DNA of 63,409 nucleotides, counting the filler, from Octopus bimaculoides (Eukaryota): NCBI RefSeq assembly GCF_001194135.2. It is 10 parts of 10 records of this genome, joined end to end, with 100 filler letters (N's around TTAATTAATTAA, not from the genome) between each part and the next. Parts side by side here need not be neighbours in the genome. Positions count along the whole stretch, not along the records: positions 51,594 to 56,337 come from NC_068981.1; positions 56,438 to 62,174 come from NC_068982.1; positions 62,275 to 63,409 come from NW_026321678.1; 7 more parts are not named here. One strand, given 5' to 3'. Each line of letters begins with the position of its first letter. Positions within the stretch are counted from its first letter, which is position 1. Positions 54,569 to 63,409 of the stretch are shown here, piece after piece. The translations under genes were made by a program, and so were the position numbers. Under the pieces are notes generated by a model. The model worked only from the letters and a program-made list of their open reading frames with translations, was not told where the DNA came from and did not search any database.

Positions 54569-55740
54569 TTTAACTTGCAAAGGAAAAAGAGCTATGTCAC
54601 GAAGTGTAATATATATGAACACACACACACACACAGCAAACCAAACAACAGCACACACACGCACACAATCATACACACACACTGTTTTGTCCGATCAAAT
54701 CCTACACTCATACATACGCGCGCACACACACGGACACACAGAGACACAAACACACACACGCACACACACATATATACGCAAGCAGGAGAAAGAAAGAGAG
54801 AGGTAAATTGGTTTGGTGAGGAGATAATGTATTAGACAGTCATTTGCACTGTCCTTAAGGCCTTTCTTATTGTCTGAGAATAACTCTATATTTTACTTCG
54901 TAATTACTCTTCCCACCATTCATCTCAAAACATGATTATAGAGTTCTGCATTGAAATTCTTTAAGGTAGTTTATCACAAGCTAATAATACTTTACTAATT
55001 ACACAATAGACAAACAACTAAGAAAAACAGGAAACGAACGTGTCGAGTTGAGCCATTACTAAATAATAGCCTCGGTGTCTCTAACTGCTACGTTATATCA
55101 TCAAACTTCACTTCAAGATAAATGACAATCAACAACAATCTAACATTAAATTAATTTTACTTTTTCTCAACTCTCGTTGGCCAATAAGACTGGGGGCTCG
55201 CACTTACTTTTCTGTTAGATTAAGTTAGATAAAAGTGGTGAATACCATAGAATGATGACGCGAACTTTTGAACCGATATCCATTACTAATTTGGAAGCAT
55301 AATTCCCCTCCTAACCTCATGTATACTTATCTATACTTTTGTTTTCGAGCGAATGGTGGCTCTGAGTTATTCGGTTATACATTCTCAAAACAATTTGATT
55401 TTATTACATCAACCAATGTAAAATCCTCCTGCATTTACTTCGTCATTATTACGTTACTACTTTATCAAGTAAAGTATAAGCATCACTAATAATATCATAA
55501 TGGAAGCGAAACGCATCTCTCATATATGCTGAAATGATCAAAAGAATATTGGTTATCTATTTATTATATTTTCGTCACCACAAGTAATATTTTTTAGTGC
55601 TGCCAGCACAAACATGTATACGAGTTTTCATTTTGTTATTTATAACTCTCTTCTGCCTTTTCGCTTTCCTTTGTAGGTTTTCTATGACTATCCAGGCATC
55701 TATTATACATAGGACAAATTTTTTGCGTATTTATATATAT

Positions 55741-56280
55741 ATAGAAATATTAATATTTCTGAGTCTCTCTAAAGGACACTACGGCAGCGGTACTGGATAT
55801 CAATAGTTATCGCCAAGCCAACATGGCGGTCCAAGAAAAATAGGACGAATGCTACCGTTGATTAGCTCCAAGAGGCCATCGCCTCTAGCTAGCTAGCTAT
55901 GTGACACACGAACTTGTGTCTTTTATAACCTTCGAACAGGGGAGGTCAGCCGCTTCCCCTTGCTGGTCTGGCATCTACAGACTAGTTTCGGAGTATTGCC
56001 CCTTGTCAATGTAGAGCAGTCGAACCCAGCAGGCGCTACTGACCGTCTGTACGAAGGATTATTTACCTAAATTCAGTGGAATGCATCCACTGGTTTTCAA
56101 AAATAGAAATATTAATATTTCTAGGTCTCTCTAAAGGAGACTACGGCAGCGGTACTGGAAATTAATAGTTATCGCCAAGCCACCATGGCAGTCCTCCCTC
56201 CACCCCAAAAAAGTATAGGACGAATGCTGCCGTTGATTAGCTCCAAGAGGTCATCGCCTCTAGCTAGCTATGTGACACAT
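55741..56280 (+). repeat. About 170-bp direct repeat pair (55741-55910 and 56102-56280), related to the 7.9-kb MITE
   Basis: atagaaatattaatatttct..tctctctaaagga..ctacggcagcggtactgga..taggacgaatgct.ccgttgattagctccaagagg.catcgcctctagctagct in both copies. Confidence 0.85.
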
Positions 56281-56287
56281 TATAACC

Positions 56288-56337
<50 letters not shown>

Positions 56338-56437
56338 NNNNNNNNNNNNNNNNNNNNNNNNNNNNNNNNNNNNNNNNNNNNTTAATTAATTAANNNNNNN
56401 NNNNNNNNNNNNNNNNNNNNNNNNNNNNNNNNNNNNN

Positions 56438-56511
<74 letters not shown>

Positions 56512-56707
56512 TATCGTAGCCATTTCAACATAGCTGTCCGTTCGAACGGACTCTACTGCGATTTTTTTTAATTCCAAGAGGACATCTCCTCTAGCTGGTT
56601 AACGATGCAGAGCTGCGTCTGATGAATTGAGAGCAAGGGACCGAACCCCTACCACCTTCTAGCGACGGGGCTAATAGGGCCGTCTTGGCTACGGGTTATT
56701 TTTGCCA

Positions 56708-56754
<47 letters not shown>

Positions 56755-57679
56755 GAGAGATGAACACTCACACATGTAGGTATGCATGCATGTGTGTATG
56801 AATGCATGTATGTATGTATGTATGTATGCATGTATGTATGTGTGTATGTATGTCATATTCTTAATGCCCTTGATAACAAGTAACACAATACAACCTGTCG
56901 CGTGGCCAGGCCGTCGGCAACAAAAACGGTAACCTTACTAAGCCTGTTTGACAAGGAGGCAGGTTTTTGTTGGACACCCTCCAGGGTTTCAAAGGACGGT
57001 TGAACTCAGAAGAGTCAACAGGTATTCAAAAGCTGGGAGTGAGTGGCCCTTAGCCTTTGTTTTGATGGAAAATTATCACGTAACACCTGAAACTTGGTTT
57101 ACGTCTTTATGTCCAATTCTTCGCAAGGACATTGAAATACCGGATGTAACGCCCCGGCATGCAACAAACCAAAATGAGTGTCATTTGCTTCCGTTGTAGC
57201 AAATGTCTAAGAGAAGGAAATTCTTAACATCCGCCTCACTGGGATGTCGGACATCTTTCTCTTGCTTGTGTCTGGACTACTTGGTTCTGATGATGAGGGT
57301 CTCAACGGTATTGTGAAAGTTGTTATTGACTTAAATTTCGCTGCGGACAATGCTAACAACCACTGTCTTTAATATGTCATCGATATTTGTCAGCGATGGT
57401 CGTACTCGTCTAACGAGTCGACAGTCACCATGTATGTATGTATGTATGTACGTACGTACGTATGTATGTACGTACGTATGTATGTATGTATGTATGTATG
57501 TATGTATGTATGTATGTATGCATGTATGTATGTTCTTTGCTGTTTTTAATCATTTAAACTCTTTCCCTGAAGAAGGAACGTGTTTCTGACAAAGATACAA
57601 AGCTTCATCGTTGAGTTGTAGATAAAAAAAAAAAACAATGTAAAATTTTAAACTTTAGAAAAGTCTTAAATAATCTTAT

Positions 57680-57985
57680 TGTTCCACTTACGGATTGCGT
57701 CTATAACGTGCGAACTAGCTGGTTGATTTCTTTTTCTGAGAACCCTATCTTATCCACATTCTCACTTTGGCATTTACTCACAAAGCCAAATGCACCAATT
57801 ATTGTCAGTATAAATGTGAATTTGTAATCCGGGTATAGGAGCTGAAGATTTCGAAGCAGTTGTCCATAGTTATCCTCTTTCTTTCTAATTTTCAAAGAGA
57901 TATTCGCATCCGCAGGGCAGCTGACCTCTATGTAGGTACATACTTTTTCTTGTCTGTCCCAAACAACAATACCCAGCTTCTTACA
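57680..57985 (-). mobile_element. REL-endonuclease non-LTR element C-terminus (R2-group, clade uncertain)
   Basis: WDRQEKVCTYIEVSCPADANISLKIRKKEDNYGQLLRNLQLLYPDYKFTFILTIIGAFG. Confidence 0.7.
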
Positions 57986-58277
57986 CTTGGCAGATATTTT
58001 GATGGGAATGCTCCAACAGTAACGCTTGTGCTTGATGTTTGGGCATATTTATTTATTTATTTATTTATGGGTTTCAGCCAAGTGGCTGTGGTCATGCTGG
58101 AGCACCAGGGGATTCTCTGTATTTATTCCAGGACAGTCTTTTTTTCGTAGGTATGGATACCATTATTCAGTTTATTTCACGATTTCTTGCCAAAAGAGGA
58201 AGAACCGGTTTCTAACCTAGATCCAAAGCTCCTTTGTTGTGATTTCAACATCAACAACAAGGTGCGTTCGTACGTAC

Positions 58278-58308
<31 letters not shown>

Positions 58309-58429
58309 TGTATGTATGTATGTATGTATGTGCAGATTTGTATGTTTTCCTTTATGTATGTATTCTCATGCATAGAGTCGCATATCTAGACATGCTCATA
58401 TATATATTCAAATGATAAACGTCTGGAAA

Positions 58430-59520
58430 GTTTTACAGATTTTTACAGTTCCAGTGATGGATTGGATCTGCAGTCTTCGAATTAGCTTTCTCCTTTCTGG
58501 TTTTGAGCTTCCTCATATTGCAAAACTTTTGACTCAATACAATAGACAAGATATCACATGAGTATTTATTACACGAATGTGATGACGTAGGTGTCAAGAA
58601 AACCTTGGTGGAAAATTTCAAGTCTTTCACAAGATTCGTTTCCTTTCTGCTTCAATCCATCCAAAATCTCAGTCTTTAAGTTGTTCGAATTATGCAAGGA
58701 CTTGCGTCTGATGACAAAGCTCGTAAGGTATGCAAAAGAGCCCCCTACACAAGGTTTTGGTCTTTTGGACGAGTATATTTGGTTCGACATACGACTCTTG
58801 TGGAACTGATATAAATATCATCTCAGTTTTCTTCAGACTTGCAGTCGAAAAGGTACTGGAAAAGAGGTTCATTGTCATCTGAAAATCTTGCTCTGTGCCA
58901 TAAGACCACAGTCATCCGCCAACAACAAATCGTGAATAAAAATTATAGACGTCTTTCATTTAGCTTTAAACGATTCAAATTAATCAGTTTATCTACTATT
59001 GTGATAGCGGACAAAAATGCCTGGATGACGGTTCTGAAGTCCATGAAGATTACAGCTGCAGAGTATACGGAGAATAAAGTTGGTGCAGGTATATTTCTCT
59101 ATTTGATACTATTGTCCACTCGTCTCTGACAGTTGATATAAGCCTTTATAACAGTGTGTAGTTGGGCAAACATATCATCAAATGTTGGTGGGAGTTCCAT
59201 CTTTTTCTAAATTCTCCAAAATTCTTTTCTATTTACTGTATCAGTGGTTTTCATTAGGTCAATAAAAACTAAAGGAGTCTTCTCCTGCAACCCTCTGACA
59301 CTGAAGAACATATCTGTAGTGCCTCTGTCTCGACCAGATCTAAATTCCCTTCGAGATTCTTGGGCAACAATGGAAGTAATTACTATAGTTAAACTTTGGC
59401 ACATTTTCCTTCCACTGTGAAGTCAGTATGCCTTATATGCAATCTTGTGGAACTGGTAGACTATTACATAGTTGACTGTTAGTCTGATCATAAGATACCT
59501 TATAACTTCAACTGGTATGC
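58430..59520 (-). mobile_element. Old RTE/BovB-like RT remnant
   Basis: RGLQEKTPLVFIDLMKTTDTVNRKEFWRI, PAPTLFSVY, DKLINLNRLK, LEIFHQGFL; heavily frameshifted. Confidence 0.7.
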
Positions 59521-60587
59521 CACCAACACTTTTTTTCTCGAAATAATCTAGTTTCATGGCAGTCTTGCCTTTTAAATTAGGATTATCATTCATCTCTGCA
59601 ATAAAACGCTGCTGCGTTTCTCATCTGTCGTGGGTGGATTGTGAAAATGATCCGTGAAATGTTTTGTCCAGCGTTTCAGAATTCCCTATCTCTGTTTAAA
59701 GTGGCTCAGCTTTTGAGACGGAGAGAAGCAGTAGCTGGTTGGTGACGAGTAAATATCTATATAACAAGCTATACACTGTTTTGGAATCTTTCTTGTCAAA
59801 GGTTAGTTGAACATTTTAGGATATGCTTCACCGCTACGCATCTTCTTTCTCTCGGAAAAATTTGTAGCACTCCAACTTCTTTTCTGTTTTCAAACGTTTC
59901 TTTTCAAGAAAGTTTGGAATGAAAAATGTTCGTATAATTTATGTTTAAGGCTTAGAAAATCACGGCTCACACGTATCTGATTTATTTTCAATAACGAGAT
60001 AAAACGGTGAGAATTAAAAAGCCATATACTCTCAACGAATCAAATCAATGGTTCTGAAACGGGATCCATATGAACCTTAGGGTTTTACTTATAATAAATT
60101 GAGTTTACAGATTATCTTAATAATTTTTTAAATATAATTCCTGATAATATTTAATTCTAGAAATATAGTAGGCTTTCTTAGACATGGAATGACAAGGAGG
60201 AATCACCCGAATAAAATAGGAATCAAAATGGTTCATAGGTAAAAAGTGGTTGCGAAGCCCTGAAATAAATGAATGACAACTAATGATAATCTAGAGAGAC
60301 CGGATATGATACCGGAAGTGGTCAATAAAAACACCCAAAATTTGGTCAACGAAGGGCGACAAAATGATCAAAAAGACACCACCTTTGCAAAAATATGTAG
60401 TAACTAAGCAATGAAAAGAATATTCACACATAGAGGAATCAACGAACTGGAATGTCGATAAAGAAAGCTTTAGAAAAACAGTCACCTGAAAGAGTGCAAT
60501 GGTGGGAAACTCGGTTTAAGTAAACAATAAATTCTAGGCTGTGTATTGAGTAATTTGTTCCTATTTAATTTACAGCTGAACATTTAA

Positions 60588-60686
<99 letters not shown>

Positions 60687-61073
60687 GATGTGAGTGCGTA
60701 TGTGTGTATGTGTGTATGCATATAAAGGGCGCATGGAGTTTTATAGTCGTACGTACCCTAAAAGACGGAAAAGTTACGGTTGGAATGTCTTTGATCAGAG
60801 GTCTGCTCGGTTAGAGCTGATCTGGAGTGAAATAACAACAACAATAACAACAGCAATATAAACATAACAATAGCAACAACAACAACAACTGTAAAAAACA
60901 ACAACCTGAAGACAACAACAACAACAATAATAGCGAGAACAGGTTGCGATGGGCGAATTGTGAAAAGAAAAAAATTAAATATAAAAAGAAAAGAATAAAA
61001 TAAAGTGTGAAACGTTTTCATCACTTCTGGGGTAAACCATATCAATACCGTTGACCGATATTCACTGATATGA

Positions 61074-61115
<42 letters not shown>

Positions 61116-61490
61116 NNNNNNNNNNNNNNNNNNNNNNNNNNNNNNNNNNNNNNNNNNNNNNNNNNNNNNNNNNNNNNNNNNNNNNNNNNNNNNNNNNNNN
61201 GTAGCATGGATTCCAAGTTGGCATGGGTCACTAGGACACTTGAATCAAAAGAAAAAGAAAAATATATTCATACGTTTGCATAGAAAAGTGTATATAAAAA
61301 TACATACACACACACACTCATACACACACATAAACACACACACACACATACACATACATATCTCTCTTACTCTCTCTTTCTCTGTCTGTCTTGTCTCTTT
61401 CACTCTCTCTCTTTCTCTTCCTTCCTTTATATATATATATATATGTATGCATATATATATATATGTATGCATATATATATATATGTATGC

Positions 61491-61523
<33 letters not shown>

Positions 61524-61605
61524 CGTAGTTGTGAGTTTTGTATATGTTTATGCGTGTATACAAGTACAAGCGCGCGCACACACACACACGCAAACACACA
61601 CGCAC

Positions 61606-61656
<51 letters not shown>

Positions 61657-62080
61657 ACTACACATGTATGATATGCACAATAGCTAGTCTTCCTTTTGTT
61701 AATGTCACCGCGTAACGACAATATCATTTTATATTAATTATTGAAAAGAGAGCTGGAAAGAGAGAGAGGGAGAACAAGAGAGAGAGAGAGAGAGGGGGGG
61801 AGAAGAATCGGTGCGAGAGACACATAAAGAATGGGTTAAGGAGAGATAGAAAGAGAAAAAGAGTGGAAATGAGAGAGGGGCGGAGAAAGAGAGAGAGAGA
61901 GAGAGAGAGGGAGGAAGAGAGAGAATGTGTGTGCGTGAGAAGAAAAATAATGGCGTGATAGGAAAGAAGAAAATATTCATATGCATAAATACATGTGTAT
62001 ATATGTATATATTTTTATGTGCATATATATATATATTTATGTGCATATATATATATATTATGTGCATATATATATATTTA

Positions 62081-62119
<39 letters not shown>

Positions 62120-62274
62120 CCTAAATGCAATATATGAGTGGGCAGAGCAAAATAATATGCAGTTCAATGCAAAANNNNNNNNNNNNNNNNNNNNNNNNNN
62201 NNNNNNNNNNNNNNNNNNTTAATTAATTAANNNNNNNNNNNNNNNNNNNNNNNNNNNNNNNNNNNNNNNNNNNN

Positions 62275-62311
<37 letters not shown>

Positions 62312-63409
62312 GCGTTCGTGTGTGCCTGTGTCTGAATGATGTGTGTGTGTATACATATTTATACATACCAGCATGTATACATACACACATACATGCCGAA
62401 GCATAGACAGACGTAAATATACGTCGCTCTCAGTTAACTGTTTTCCCCTCATTTCAAGAAAATTTGACCTGCATACAAATGAAAAAAAGAATGTATTTCA
62501 TTCCTCCCACCTCACCTCATCTCAGCTACCACCTGCGCAATCATACCACCACCACCACCACCACCACCATCATCGCCATACCACTAACACTGCCTGCTAT
62601 CACCACCGCCATAGCCACTGTCATCGCCGCCGCCAGCACCACAGTCGTAACTACTAAGAAATAGAATAAAATACAATAATTTATAATTAAAAAAAATCGA
62701 TAATTAATGTCGATAAGACTCTCTTACTTTGGTATTTGCCAGTAATCCGATCAGCTGTTAATGTGCGCGCGTGTGTGTGTAATAAGCCTTACCAAATAAG
62801 CGAGTGAAAAATTTAGAAAAAAGCTGAACTAACAAAATGGCGTCGAAAAACGTCTGCACACAATGAAATGTTGTGAATGACATCGTATTTATTGACACCT
62901 CACACTGTTTTGACATAGTCTCATCTGAACTCCAACCTACATTTCATTCATTGACAACCACTCGTTCTCTCTTTCTTTTCTCCCTCTTTCTTTCTCTCTC
63001 ACCCCCCACTCTCTCATTCTCTTTCCTCTTTCGTAATGCATATTTGCATTACACTTTTGCTTTCGTCCTCTCTCTCTCTCTTTTCATATATATATATATA
63101 TACATATATATATAATATATACATATATATAATATATGCATGTATTTATACAATGTTTGCATATATACATATATGTTGCATATATCGTTATGTAAGCATG
63201 GAAAGGTGTATAAGCATTTATACCATATAGTGCAAATGGTATCTGATATAAAACCCATATGGTTGAACGGATATCCATCTATCTTATTTCTTTATTGCCC
63301 ACAAGGGGCTAAACATAGAGGGGACAAACAAGGACAGACAAAGGGATTAAGTTTCGATCACATCCACCCCAGTGCGTAACTGGTACTTATTTAATCGACC
63401 CCGAAAGGA

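Noticed and set aside
55741-56280. Direct repeats as a retrozyme or LTR pair
   Set aside because: No hammerhead core, no TG..CA ends, no PBS or PPT; the CTGATGA near 56598 lacks GAAA

Overview
This is AT-rich, microsatellite-dense animal genomic DNA with many N gaps; the repeat families suggest an octopus/coleoid cephalopod (inference). Only two host genes are supportable. (1) A + strand exon at 4863-5068 encodes a complete six-Cys thyroglobulin type-1 domain and ends in TAA directly followed by GTAAGT. (2) Three in-phase - strand exons (31107-31299, 30849-30991, 29381-29564) encode the KH domain and first half of the Tudor region of an AKAP1/spoonbill-like protein; its 5' exons and the rest of the Tudor domain are not visible. 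The remainder is a transposon graveyard: Tx1/L1, RTE, R4/Dong-like and other REL LINEs, CR1/L2-like LINE ends, Penelope fragments, Tc1, mariner, hAT, MITEs and two abundant tRNA-derived SINE families, plus a CpG-decayed U6 pseudogene. The most notable unexplained structures are four dispersed minimal hammerhead-like motifs with co-varying stems (one with a U3:A8 core swap), an AG-free branchpoint-rich 15-bp minisatellite abutting the AKAP1 KH-exon acceptor, a possibly Tudor-truncated AKAP1, and sharp CpG-decay domains bounded by assembly gaps. I see no convincing novel multi-gene system. Nearly all ORFs in the supplied track are microsatellite or gap artefacts.
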